Numbered from the stretch's first letter, positions 35,197 through 44,647 are shown. The stretch: DNA of 61,634 nt from an uncultured Alphaproteobacteria bacterium (GCA_910580155.1 CAJTWX010000001.1:1-61634), one strand, 5' to 3'. Made by a program: numbers and translations. The notes: generated from the letters alone by a model not told the origin.

Positions 35197-36203
35197 TGTT
35201 CGAGCCAAAAGTTTCGGTTGTTTTGCCTGTCTATAATGTTGCCGCCTATCTGCCAAAATGCTTGGAGAGTCTGCTTAATCAGACTTTAAAAGAAATAGAA
35301 ATCATCTGTGTAAATGACTGCTCTCCGGATAATTCTCTGGAGATTTTAAAACAATATGCGGCTAAAGACAACCGCATAAAAATCATAGACCAGACAAACA
35401 CCGGCCCCGGCGTGGCGCGTAATAACGGGATTAAAGCGGCCACCGGCGAATATGTAGGCTTTGTTGACCCTGATGACTGGGCAGAGCCGGAGATGTTTGC
35501 CAAAATGTACACCGCCGCCATTGAACAAAACGCAGATATAGTTGAGTGCGGCGTTAAAATCTATAATGAAAAAAGCGGTAAAACCAAAGAAAAACAAGGC
35601 TTTGCAGCCGTGGCAGCCAATAAGGGCTTTTGCGCCGCAGATTACCCCGAATATGTATTTGAAGGTATTACATCAGGGTGGAACAAACTCTGCCGCCGCG
35701 CATTTTTGCTTGAAAACGATATTTATTATTCAGACGGTCGCGCCGCCGAAGATCATTATTTCTCCATCGCGGCAAGGTTAAAAGCCAAAACAGCCGTCTG
35801 TCTGCCTGACGCACTATATAATTATTTTGTACGCGCCTCATCACTGACGCATTCCCCCTCAAAGGTAAATCTTGCCGTACCGCTCTTTCTGGCAGAAATC
35901 GCTGTCCTGATAGGGAAATGGGAGGGAAGAGAACAGAACAGAAACCCGTTGCCGAGTCTTTTTGCCTGCAACGCGGCAGGACTGGCCGCAATTCATTACC
36001 GCCGCGTTCCTGTAGAAAACCGCGCCGAATATTTGGCGCTATGCGCTCAAAAACTCCCGGCCGAAGCTAACCGCCTCTTTACGGATTTTATTAAACCCTA
36101 TACCTTAAAAGACAACCTTTTCTCTATCCGCTACACGGTTAAAGGTATCCAAAAATACAAAGTAATCAGTATATTAGGCTTAAAATTTCGCGTAAAAGCA
36201 TAG
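35196..36203 (+). CDS. Family 2 glycosyltransferase
   Basis: VSVVLPVYNVAAYLPKCLESLLNQT, CVNDCSPDNS and the DPDD (DxD) motif. Confidence 0.85.
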   Translation: MFEPKVSVVLPVYNVAAYLPKCLESLLNQTLKEIEIICVNDCSPDNSLEILKQYAAKDNRIKIIDQTNTGPGVARNNGIKAATGEYVGFVDPDDWAEPEMFAKMYTAAIEQNADIVECGVKIYNEKSGKTKEKQGFAAVAANKGFCAADYPEYVFEGITSGWNKLCRRAFLLENDIYYSDGRAAEDHYFSIAARLKAKTAVCLPDALYNYFVRASSLTHSPSKVNLAVPLFLAEIAVLIGKWEGREQNRNPLPSLFACNAAGLAAIHYRRVPVENRAEYLALCAQKLPAEANRLFTDFIKPYTLKDNLFSIRYTVKGIQKYKVISILGLKFRVKA

Positions 36204-36280
36204 GAAAATAAACCATTCTTATTCCCCGTTTTCCCCGTGAGGCATAGCGAGCGCCGCCGTAAGGCACAAGCGCTATGTTG

Positions 36281-36528
36281 CCCGTGGCGCTGCCACCAAT
36301 CCATAAACCATGCGATAACAAACAAAACCAAAGATTGCCGCGTCGCTATCGCTCCTCGCAATGACTCCTAAAAAACAAAGCCCGCGTGTAGCAATACATT
36401 CTTTCAATTCGCCGCAGCCCAACGTTATGCCCGTGCCGCTGGCACTCATTGTGAGGAGTGAAACGATGTGGCAATCCCTTTCTTTTCTTACGTCATTGCG
36501 AGGCTTGCATCGCAAGCCGTGGCAATCT
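36281..36528. repeat. Cluster of REP-like dispersed elements in both orientations
   Basis: Copies lie at 36332-36366 (reverse orientation, identical to the 44021-44054 copy), 36445-36477 and 36492-36528 (with an internal perfect hairpin ggcttgc-atc-gcaagcc). Related gtggcgctgccac and gtgccgctggcac motifs lie at 36284-36296 and 36433-36445. Confidence 0.8.
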
Positions 36529-36550
36529 CACAAGAGTAAAGAAGCAAATA

Positions 36551-37504
36551 TTATACTGCCACCTTAAGCTTCAGCCCCAGAAAATAAATATATAAATGTT
36601 TCCTGTCAGCAGCTTTTTCAACCCAGAGTAATCGCTTGTAAAACGGTACTTTCGGTTTGCGGTCGCTTGCCTTTATAACGCCGATTTTTTGTTGCAGGTC
36701 GGAATATTCCGGCACCATCGCTGCATAGCGCAAAAACTCCGTTGTAAATTTATTGTCGCAATCAGGATGATTTGGTTTAACGCCTGTAAAATGTACAATC
36801 ACCGGATTTTTCGCTGCGCTCTCATATTCTCTTAAATAATCCGCATCATAGTCCGGCGTATTTTTGCGCCACCAAACGTGCATATAGTCAAATTTCGGAG
36901 AAAGGCGCAGTTTGCGTCCGTCACAAGCCTTGTTCAATGCGTCTTGGTCATTGCCGATGCTGAAATCTTCCAGCACCATCTCTTTGAGCGTGTGGAAAAA
37001 GTCTACCTGCCGCCAAAGGCAAAGATTGATATACATCACGCCTGAATTAAAGTAAAATCCGTCTTTTAAGGCAATCCGCCCCGCATTTTTATGCGATTTG
37101 GATACATCCTCAATCACGCCCGCAAAGTGCGTCCCCAAATCAATCGCAAACAACTCCGAAAGGGACGAACGTACAATCGTATCACAGTCAAGATATAGCA
37201 CTTTCTGATGGTTTGGCAACAAATCAGCCAGCAAACAGCGAAACCAAGCCTCCGCAGTCACCCAGTTTGCATTCGGAAAGCCTTCAAACACCGCGCAGTC
37301 CACTTTAATCGATGTAAGTGCATAGCTTTTGATGCCCTGAAGTTTTGCAAAAGCCAGCAGGTGCTCATCATCAAGCCCGTTGTGTAAGATCACAAACTCA
37401 ATCTTATCGTCATCCGCAGCATTCGCCAGCACCGACGCCATCGAAGCCAGCGTCAGCGGTACGAAGTTTAAATCTGGCGCATATGCAATCGTAATTTTCG
37501 TCAT
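36551..37504 (-). CDS. Family 8 glycosyltransferase (LPS/LOS glycosyltransferase-like)
   Basis: 317 aa with the N-terminal IAYAPDLNF pattern, LYLDCDTIV (DxD) and NSGVMYINL, typical of GT8 RfaI/J-like enzymes. Confidence 0.8.
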   Translation of the reverse strand: MTKITIAYAPDLNFVPLTLASMASVLANAADDDKIEFVILHNGLDDEHLLAFAKLQGIKSYALTSIKVDCAVFEGFPNANWVTAEAWFRCLLADLLPNHQKVLYLDCDTIVRSSLSELFAIDLGTHFAGVIEDVSKSHKNAGRIALKDGFYFNSGVMYINLCLWRQVDFFHTLKEMVLEDFSIGNDQDALNKACDGRKLRLSPKFDYMHVWWRKNTPDYDADYLREYESAAKNPVIVHFTGVKPNHPDCDNKFTTEFLRYAAMVPEYSDLQQKIGVIKASDRKPKVPFYKRLLWVEKAADRKHLYIYFLGLKLKVAV

Positions 37505-37505
37505 C

Positions 37506-38450
37506 TTAATCCTCTTTCAGCTTTTCCAACAACGCGGGGTAATGCGCGAGCACATCAGCCATTTGCTTATCATTGCCTCCGCCGGCAATATTAAGCTTCG
37601 TAAGTGTCAGCTCTTCGGTCTGCCGTAATTCCCGTTCGGGGTTTACGAGCAATACCTTGCGGTAACGCCCCTTAAAGGTTTTAATTTTAACATTATTAAG
37701 CAAGCTCATTGCCCAAAACCAGATATCGTCGGCAAAAGGCGCAAGCCGGCGCACCAAATTCATATCACAAGCGTCATTGTATAAACTGTGCGGCGGATAG
37801 AGTATCCCTCCGCAGCCGGTCAGAAAATTGCGGTATGAGGGCTTAAGCTGCGTCGTGTTTTTCTTCCATTGCCGATAGGGCAGGGGCTTGCCATCGCTGT
37901 CAAGGCGAATGTGGTGCAGCCTGTGCCCGATAACCGTATGCGGGTCTTTTAGATGTTCCTCGTAAAGCTTTTCGAGCCAGTCAGCGGGGTAATAAACATC
38001 ATCATCAACAATCACAATCACATCGTCAGGATATTCTTTAAGTGCCGGCAGCAGTTTTTTATACGAGCGCAAATCCTCGCACCATTTTATCTTTAGTCCG
38101 CATTTCATAAGCCTGCGCAATATCTCAGGCAAATCATCAAGCCCGTTAGGGTATTGGCTTGTGGCCAGCCACAATATAACTTCATCGGGCTTGACCGTCT
38201 GGGTTAAAAGCGAATAGATTGTAAAATGAATTTCCGGCGTCCGCTCCGGAAACGAGGTCAGCGACACAATCAGCCGCGGTGTCCGTTTCTCCGTTGTCAA
38301 TCCCAAACCGTCAAAACTCTCAATTTCAGGCAAAATCGCCGCCTTATTGATATGCGGCGGCAATTTTGGCTTTTTCGTATAGCTGAATTTAAAACCAAAC
38401 AAGGTAATCTCGCGAATATTGCCGTTTTTTGTCCGTTCAAAAAGTATCAT
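37506..38450 (-). CDS. Glycosyltransferase (unassigned family)
   Basis: LIVSLTSFPER..., VIVIVDDDVYYP (DxD) and GCGGILYPP. Its stop lies 1 nt from the GT8 start, indicating an operon. Confidence 0.65.
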   Translation of the reverse strand: MILFERTKNGNIREITLFGFKFSYTKKPKLPPHINKAAILPEIESFDGLGLTTEKRTPRLIVSLTSFPERTPEIHFTIYSLLTQTVKPDEVILWLATSQYPNGLDDLPEILRRLMKCGLKIKWCEDLRSYKKLLPALKEYPDDVIVIVDDDVYYPADWLEKLYEEHLKDPHTVIGHRLHHIRLDSDGKPLPYRQWKKNTTQLKPSYRNFLTGCGGILYPPHSLYNDACDMNLVRRLAPFADDIWFWAMSLLNNVKIKTFKGRYRKVLLVNPERELRQTEELTLTKLNIAGGGNDKQMADVLAHYPALLEKLKED

Positions 38451-38540
38451 AAAGTTAGTCTTTCAGTACATCATACCATTTATGAAACCATACTCAAAAA
38501 ACGCCGTCCAAACAACCGCAATCAGGCTATTATCCACATA

Positions 38541-39284
38541 TTATTTGTCAGTAAACTTTGTTCTTCTGATTTCAGCCCCGTCTTGATAGGTAATCAGCTC
38601 CACAAGCTCGCCACGCGTATTAAAAACCTTTGCCGTCCCGTCGAGCTTGTCATTTTTGCGGTATGCAAAAATGTGTGGCGTTTCATTATTATAATAACTG
38701 TAAGCTACCCCTTCGCGCACGCCATCCGCATATTCGGTGTAGTTCGTCAGGTGATTGTCTTTGGTATACATCCGCGCCGGTCCGTGCTGCACACCATTGC
38801 GGTATGTAACGGAAGTTTTAACCGCTCCATTGGGGTAAAACTCTTCAAACACGCCGTTTTTAAGTCCGTTCTTGTAACTTCCTTTGCGTAATAAGTCACC
38901 GTTATCATAATAGGCAAGCTGTCTGCCCACAAGTTTGCCTTTGCGATAATAAGAAATTTCTTTTTCTCTGCCGTTGGCATAATATTCGGTTGTTTTTCCG
39001 TGTGGTTCGCCTTTTCTGTATTGTGCCTTTAAGATAACTTTTCCTTTGTTATTGTAAGCCGTATATTCGCCGGAAATAACGCCGTCTACATAATGCACTT
39101 CTTCCATCAGCCGCATAGAAGGGCTGTATTTTTGGTAAACTCCCGTAATCGGCAGCCCTGCGGCATCCACGCGCACGCCGTCTTGTTCAATAGAGTTTTT
39201 ATCGTTATAAAGTGTCGCCAGCTGCCCGACCTGACAAGCCGAAACAACCATTGCTGCCATTAAGCAAAACAAAATCTTTTTCAT
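38541..39284 (-). CDS. MORN-repeat-variant (YwqK-like) lipoprotein
   Basis: Start refined to 39284. Lipoprotein signal MKKILFCLMAAMVVSAC. Repeated G-x-x-x-x-Y-Y/F-x-N-G units run throughout. Confidence 0.7.
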   Translation of the reverse strand: MKKILFCLMAAMVVSACQVGQLATLYNDKNSIEQDGVRVDAAGLPITGVYQKYSPSMRLMEEVHYVDGVISGEYTAYNNKGKVILKAQYRKGEPHGKTTEYYANGREKEISYYRKGKLVGRQLAYYDNGDLLRKGSYKNGLKNGVFEEFYPNGAVKTSVTYRNGVQHGPARMYTKDNHLTNYTEYADGVREGVAYSYYNNETPHIFAYRKNDKLDGTAKVFNTRGELVELITYQDGAEIRRTKFTDK

Positions 39285-39445
39285 CGTCAGTTTCCTTATT
39301 TTATATACATATCTTCTAACTTTAAAAATGTTAATAACCGGTAAAAGCTTTTTCAACTTGTGAAATAAATAAAAAAGAAGTTGTCAAACCGGATTTTCAG
39401 GCGTAAAATACCGTCTAATGTTATTAAGTAGATAAGGAGAATAAA

Positions 39446-39874
39446 ATGAACAAAATAAAAGTATTAGCCGCCGTTGCTGTCGTTATAGCTGTTGCTGCCG
39501 GCGCATATTTTTCAGCCGGTAAAAACGAACCGGTGCAAACCGCAGCCGAACCATCACCTGCTGCAGCCGAAGCTCAGGGGCAAACTGCTGCAAAGCTGGC
39601 AGATAACCGCGTTTATGTGATGTATGTGGAAAGCTGCCCGATGTGCGCCAAAGCATTGGAGTATATCAACAGCAAATATTCAGATAATGCAGCTGTCGTT
39701 AAAGTTGACTTGAACACCGCAGATGGTAAAGCATTGTTAAATGCCTGTCGCGAAAAATTCGGTTTCAAAGATGTGGTTATTCCGCTTATTTGTGCTAAAG
39801 ACGAATACACAATGGGCTGGTCTGCGGCTCAGGGTGTCAGATTGGATGGTTTTGTTCAGTCTGCCGCAGAATAG
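39446..39874 (+). CDS. Membrane-anchored/secreted thioredoxin-fold protein with a CxxC motif
   Basis: N-terminal hydrophobic anchor and ESCPMCAKALEYI. The C-terminal YTMGW resembles YIMGW of the 8268..8627 paralog. Confidence 0.65.
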   Translation: MNKIKVLAAVAVVIAVAAGAYFSAGKNEPVQTAAEPSPAAAEAQGQTAAKLADNRVYVMYVESCPMCAKALEYINSKYSDNAAVVKVDLNTADGKALLNACREKFGFKDVVIPLICAKDEYTMGWSAAQGVRLDGFVQSAAE

Positions 39875-39877
39875 TTT

Positions 39878-40180
39878 CTACCGTTCGCAAATAATCACAC
39901 CTCTTATCTCTTGGCATTTTTCTTTGCCGTCTTGATAATAAGTGTTGCCGGATTGCTGCCAGTAGCTGCCATCACTGCCGCTAATCGTGTTGCCGGATTG
40001 GTAAAAGGTTGTTCCGTCACTTCTGTATATGATATTGCCCTCGCGCCGATAAGTGCGCGCCTGCGCATCGCGGGCAATATTGTTATCGTCGTCATCATCA
40101 TTCCAATACGCCTGTGCCGGATAAACAACAGATAAAGTTACCATTAGCCCGCAAAGTAAATACAATATGCTTTTTTTCAT
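39878..40180 (-). CDS. Small secreted repeat protein (100 aa)
   Basis: Signal peptide ending VYPAQA, a poly-Asp run NDDDDDN, and repeats GN(I/T)xYxSDG / YQSGNT. Confidence 0.55.
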   Translation of the reverse strand: MKKSILYLLCGLMVTLSVVYPAQAYWNDDDDDNNIARDAQARTYRREGNIIYRSDGTTFYQSGNTISGSDGSYWQQSGNTYYQDGKEKCQEIRGVIICER

Positions 40181-40380
40181 TAAATACCTCCTCTGAAATT
40201 TGCTTAATTATACAATTTAAAAGGGTGTTATTCAATAAATATCAACCATACAAATAATATATTATGTATACTGATGAAGAAAAAGGCGTGTAGATAATTA
40301 AAAATACAGAAAAACAATTAAAATCTTGAAATGCGATTCGTCGCGTTTATATACTTTATATCAAAAAAAGGAGTGCCGAA

Positions 40381-41019
40381 ATGCAGGAAGCTTTATATAC
40401 CCTCTCAAACGGACTATACGTTTTGTCGGCTGCAGCCGGCGGTAAGTTTTGCGGCTCGCTTGTGGATGCCGTAAGCCAGATTTCCGTTTTGCCGAATCTG
40501 ATAATTGTATCGTGTATGAATACAAGCCATACCAAAGAATGTATTGAAGAAAGCGGCGAATTAGGCATTAGCGTGCTTCCTAAAAACACCGACCCGTATG
40601 TCGTTGCAAATTTTGGTTTTCAGTCCGGCCGCGATGTCGATAAGTGGGCAAATGTGCCGTATGAGTTGAAAGAGGGGTTGCCGTATATTCCGAAAGCTCT
40701 TGCCAAAATCCGTGCCAAAGTTATAGACAAATTGGTTTATCCGAATAATACGGTTTTTATTGCCGAGGTCGAAAATGCGTTTGATGTTAAAGAGGGAGAA
40801 CCGCTGACTTATAAGCATTATCGTGATGAGATGAAAGAAGAATGCTTAAAGTCTTTTGCCAACCGTAATGCTCCCAAAGCAGAAAAAGCAAGTTTTAAAC
40901 AGTGGACGTGTACCTTGTGCGGCTATGTTTATGACGGCGACATTCCGTTCGAACAGTTGCCCGAAGATTGGCGCTGTCCGCTCTGCGGCGTCGGCAAGGA
41001 GCTGTTTGAACTTCGATGA
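40381..41019 (+). CDS. Flavin reductase-like domain fused to a C-terminal rubredoxin (high-molecular-weight rubredoxin type)
   Basis: The N-terminal ~160 aa are flavin-reductase-like. The C-terminus is [12 protein letters not shown]...WRCPLCG, a canonical rubredoxin. Confidence 0.75.
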   Translation: MQEALYTLSNGLYVLSAAAGGKFCGSLVDAVSQISVLPNLIIVSCMNTSHTKECIEESGELGISVLPKNTDPYVVANFGFQSGRDVDKWANVPYELKEGLPYIPKALAKIRAKVIDKLVYPNNTVFIAEVENAFDVKEGEPLTYKHYRDEMKEECLKSFANRNAPKAEKASFKQWTCTLCGYVYDGDIPFEQLPEDWRCPLCGVGKELFELR

Positions 41020-41177
41020 TACGCCGTGCAGATTTGCTCTTTAAATCTCCTCCCCCCTTGGAAGGGGAATACAGTTAAAAAAATATATATCGTACAAAAA
41101 ATAAAATTTGTCACATTTTTGTTGATTTTCAAAATAAACCGTGCTATATTTCCGGTTCGTAAAGGAATAAAGGCAAA

Positions 41178-44012
41178 ATGAAACGACAAATAATCAACTA
41201 TCCGGAATTTTTAAAAGCCATAGATGGTCTTTTTTCAGCAAACACGGTTCATAGCATAAAAGAGTATCAAGACGAGGCATCTGCGTCCAAACAGCGCCGC
41301 AAGCAAAAGATTGCCGCCGTTTCAACCCGCCTGCGCGAGATGAAAGCAGAGATTGAGAAATATAAAATCAAAATCAGAAAAGCCGCAGAAAAAGATAATA
41401 AAAAAGAATACGGTCTCCGTCTTAATCAGCTTATCCGCGCCAAAACCGAATTGCTGAAAGTTTATAAAGAAGAGAAAAACCTCACGCCGTTTTCAGAGCT
41501 TTCCGAAGAGGCAAAAGTATACGCTTGTACTCAGAGCCTCTTGAAAAAATATCTGCTTGCCGCATTTGTCAAATCCTCCCCTGAAGCGTATCATATAAAT
41601 GAGGACGGTACTGTCACGCTGAATGTGGATGAATTTTGCAATTCCATCTTATACCAACAGGCAAGCCACATCAAAGACTATGTATCCTCTTATATTCAGC
41701 ATTATCCGCACCGCGTTGTCGGCGGGCGTTACTTTACCGGTCTGTATAAGGAACTGCCGGAGTTTGATGATGTTCTTGCTGTTGCAGACGAATACTTTGA
41801 CGTGTTGAATCAAAACAATGAAAAATTAGAAGAAAACCTGCAAAAGAGCCGTCAAGGTATAGAAGTTATTGAGTCCTATCCCGAATATCAGGCGCAAGCC
41901 GTTCGCTTGCTCACAAAAGAAGCGTTGCAATATGAGGGAACGGAAATGGAGCATTGCGTAGCCACATATTCTGACAAAGTAAAAAACGGCACCACGCAAA
42001 TTTATTCGCTTCGTGATAATGGGGATGAATATACTGAGTTTGTGCCGCACGCCACCATTGAGTTTCAAGATGGGAAAATCAAACAAATCAAAGGCTTTAA
42101 AGACAGCCTTGTTGATATGGCTTACATTAAAGCCACGCGCTGTCTGGTCAAAACGTTGCTTCATTTAAACACCGATGAAGAAATACTCAATTACCCTGAT
42201 ATTCCGTTATCAGAAAAAAACAATATCGGCTTTTTAAAAGATACTAAAGGGACACTGCGCGATATTTTTGGCGTGTTTCAAAAAGATACGGAAATTGTTT
42301 TTGAAGCCGTCAGAGTTAAGGCAAACCGGATAAAATGTCTGAACTTCAGCTGTATAAAATTCAAAACAGTTACCGTCATCGGCGCGATAATGCCCAAAAC
42401 AATACAGCATTTGGCTACAGCCGGTAATTTGCAAAAAATAAACCTTATTTATCAAAATGGGCAGGCCGAACAGACGCTGAATTTATCAAAACTGTCTGGC
42501 GAAGAGGTTTGCATAGAATTAAAAAAAGATGCTCAGGCAAGAAAAATAGTGCTCCCCTCAAATATCCGCATATTAACGATAACTGGAAATATGCCGGATT
42601 TGGCAGTAATTGAAGGCACAACCTTACAAGAGCTTACATTGAACGGAAACTTTAATAGCCTGACCAAAATTCCGCCCGTCAGCAAAGAAATATGCTTCGG
42701 AGGAACATTTAACGGCCGTGTGCTTGAAACAAAAAGCCTGCATCAGTTACAAAAATTAACATTAAAGGGTTCTTGTGATTTATTTTCACAGTTGAATTTG
42801 CCCAGTCTGGAAAAACTGGAATTAAGTGAAGGGACTTTTGAGAATATAGAAAAATTTGATTTTGCCTCATATCCTTCAATATCTAATGTAAATTTTTTTG
42901 AAAGCACGTTCCCGAAATTAAAGGAAATCAAAACCTCAGGAAACATTAAAGAATTTACAGGCTCACATTCTGCTTATCCTCTGTTGGAGCGCATAGACTT
43001 ATCTCAATCTCCGCGCAAAACTTTTGGGGTTTTAGAGCAGGATGCATTAAATGAAATATATTTCCTAATAACTGCAGGCGAAAGAGCGGGCGAAAAGGTT
43101 AGCACCGCATTTCCGGCATTAGGCGGTTATCTAATGAATTTTACAACCCTTTCGGCACTAAAAGAATTAAAATTTCGGGAAGATATCGAAAAAATAAATT
43201 TAACCGGAATCAAATTTGGAGCGATAAATCCGATTGATTTTTCCAGCTATAAAAATTTAGAAGAGCTGAGTTTGCAATTTACCAGTTTTTCCGATAATAC
43301 CATCATCGATTTATCTCAATGCACCAGCTTAAACAAACTGTCACTTGATTTGGAACAGGTGGTTAATCCTCCTGAAAATATCGAAAAGCTGGATATCCGG
43401 CGTGGAAAAGATACGCCTTCTCCAAAAACGCTAGATCTCAGGCAATATCCGCACCTGAAATCATTAAAATTAGATTTTCTGCCCGAAGATAATAAACCGC
43501 TGTGCGTTGAAGAGCTGAATATATTCTTAATGGACGCGTCCAACGCCCACGTTAAAGAACTGGACTTTTCGCACATACGCCATTTAAAAGTTGCCACCTC
43601 TATGCAGCTTAAACTGCCACAATTGGAGCGTCTGGTTATGTCCGAAAGTTTTTCAAGCCTGCATCTGTTTAATCTCTCTCCGCATTTAACCGAGATAGAC
43701 TTGTCCCGAACCAAAGGGGAGGTAGAAATTATAGAAATAGATTGGGGTGAAGAAGTAATGAGCAGCACCGGAAAAATTTACTTGAAATCCGAGCAATTTA
43801 ATGTTATTAAAAAGATAAAAATCGGCAAAGAAACAGATTTGCAGTTGCCGCCTTGTACGGCAAATCTGCCGATAACCATAGAATTGCCGGCAGACGCAAC
43901 GGATAAAGAACAAGAATTAAAAACGAAATATCCGCACTTGCAAATTGCCCGCAAACAGCTGCCGGCACTGCCGCCTCGCCAATTGCCATACATACGGGCA
44001 GGGCGTTTATAG
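41178..44012 (+). CDS. Large protein: coiled-coil N-terminus, PcfJ-like domain, long LRR-like repeat region
   Basis: 944 aa. EGTEMEHCVATYSDKVKNGTTQIYSLRDNG...HATIEFQDGKIKQIKGFKDS resembles the PcfJ-like domain signature. About 550 aa of irregular Leu-rich repeats follow (LQELTLNGNFNSLTKIP, LEKLELSEGTFENIEKFDF, and others). Confidence 0.75.
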   Translation: MKRQIINYPEFLKAIDGLFSANTVHSIKEYQDEASASKQRRKQKIAAVSTRLREMKAEIEKYKIKIRKAAEKDNKKEYGLRLNQLIRAKTELLKVYKEEKNLTPFSELSEEAKVYACTQSLLKKYLLAAFVKSSPEAYHINEDGTVTLNVDEFCNSILYQQASHIKDYVSSYIQHYPHRVVGGRYFTGLYKELPEFDDVLAVADEYFDVLNQNNEKLEENLQKSRQGIEVIESYPEYQAQAVRLLTKEALQYEGTEMEHCVATYSDKVKNGTTQIYSLRDNGDEYTEFVPHATIEFQDGKIKQIKGFKDSLVDMAYIKATRCLVKTLLHLNTDEEILNYPDIPLSEKNNIGFLKDTKGTLRDIFGVFQKDTEIVFEAVRVKANRIKCLNFSCIKFKTVTVIGAIMPKTIQHLATAGNLQKINLIYQNGQAEQTLNLSKLSGEEVCIELKKDAQARKIVLPSNIRILTITGNMPDLAVIEGTTLQELTLNGNFNSLTKIPPVSKEICFGGTFNGRVLETKSLHQLQKLTLKGSCDLFSQLNLPSLEKLELSEGTFENIEKFDFASYPSISNVNFFESTFPKLKEIKTSGNIKEFTGSHSAYPLLERIDLSQSPRKTFGVLEQDALNEIYFLITAGERAGEKVSTAFPALGGYLMNFTTLSALKELKFREDIEKINLTGIKFGAINPIDFSSYKNLEELSLQFTSFSDNTIIDLSQCTSLNKLSLDLEQVVNPPENIEKLDIRRGKDTPSPKTLDLRQYPHLKSLKLDFLPEDNKPLCVEELNIFLMDASNAHVKELDFSHIRHLKVATSMQLKLPQLERLVMSESFSSLHLFNLSPHLTEIDLSRTKGEVEIIEIDWGEEVMSSTGKIYLKSEQFNVIKKIKIGKETDLQLPPCTANLPITIELPADATDKEQELKTKYPHLQIARKQLPALPPRQLPYIRAGRL

Positions 44013-44054
44013 CGGCACCTGCCGCTGGCAGTCATTGCGAGGAGCGATAGCGAC
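44008..44054. repeat. REP-like dispersed element (long form)
   Basis: cctgccgctggcagtcattgcgaggagcgatagcgacgcggcaatct. The 34-nt core is the exact reverse complement of 36333-36366. Confidence 0.8.
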
Positions 44055-44120
44055 GCGGCAATCTGTTAGAAAGTTTAAAAATACTATTATCCGAATTATT
44101 AACTCTCAAAAATAAGCATT

Positions 44121-44645
44121 ATGAATACAAATGTAAAAGCTGTAATTAATCTGATGCAGACACTGGGTGTCACATTAGACGATGTGAAAAAAGCTTTACC
44201 GTCCGCAGCAATCACAAACAATGAGTCTCCTTGCGGAGAAGACGATGTTCCGAGTACTACGTCGCCGCCGTCCGGTGAAATTGAGTATGACAGAACCAGC
44301 AATGGTATGAAGTATGCAACATACAAAGGCAAAGTTCTGGGACTGGTGTTTAACGAAGACAGGGACGGATTCATCCTCTCGCTTAACAACAATGGGCAAG
44401 ATGTTGAAATCAATGAGGCGCAAAAACAAGCTTCAAAGTTATCAGCGCCTGCCGGCAAAAGATGGATAGTTCCGGAAGATAAGCATTGGCTGGAAGTAAG
44501 AAATGCCGGCGTTGAGCGGGTCAATACAGCCTTGTGGGAACTTGGTGGAAAACCTCTTGACTGTAGCAAAGGGTACTTATCCGCTACATCGCAGTCAAAC
44601 CGCCCGCGTCATTGGAATGTGCGCTTTATTATGCCAATTGCGTAA
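44121..44645 (+). CDS. Hypothetical protein (174 aa)
   Basis: The plus-strand ORF has a balanced composition and is followed by a terminator. The overlapping minus ORF (44099..44569) is Ser/Leu-rich, as is typical of antisense frames. Confidence 0.6.
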   Translation: MNTNVKAVINLMQTLGVTLDDVKKALPSAAITNNESPCGEDDVPSTTSPPSGEIEYDRTSNGMKYATYKGKVLGLVFNEDRDGFILSLNNNGQDVEINEAQKQASKLSAPAGKRWIVPEDKHWLEVRNAGVERVNTALWELGGKPLDCSKGYLSATSQSNRPRHWNVRFIMPIA

Positions 44646-44647
44646 GT

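Noticed and set aside
36131-36567. Small ORFs 36131..36361(-), 36273..36515(-) and 36361..36567(+) between the glycosyltransferase genes
   Set aside because: They are composed almost entirely of REP-like element copies in both orientations. They have no RBS and no coherent protein features.
38226-38891. A 221-aa plus-strand ORF
   Set aside because: It is antisense to two well-supported minus-strand genes (the glycosyltransferase 37506..38450 and the MORN lipoprotein) and crosses their intergenic gap. Its translation is Arg/Phe-rich shadow-frame sequence.
41178-44012. The large LRR-type, vWA and HExxH proteins as RTX-type T1SS substrates
   Set aside because: No GGxGxD nonapeptide repeats are visible in any of them. 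A T1SS link is therefore only speculative, and it is listed as such under the T1SS finding.
44099-44569. A 156-aa minus-strand ORF overlapping 44121..44645
   Set aside because: Its Ser/Leu/Pro-rich composition is typical of an antisense frame. The plus-strand ORF has a balanced composition and a terminator directly downstream.
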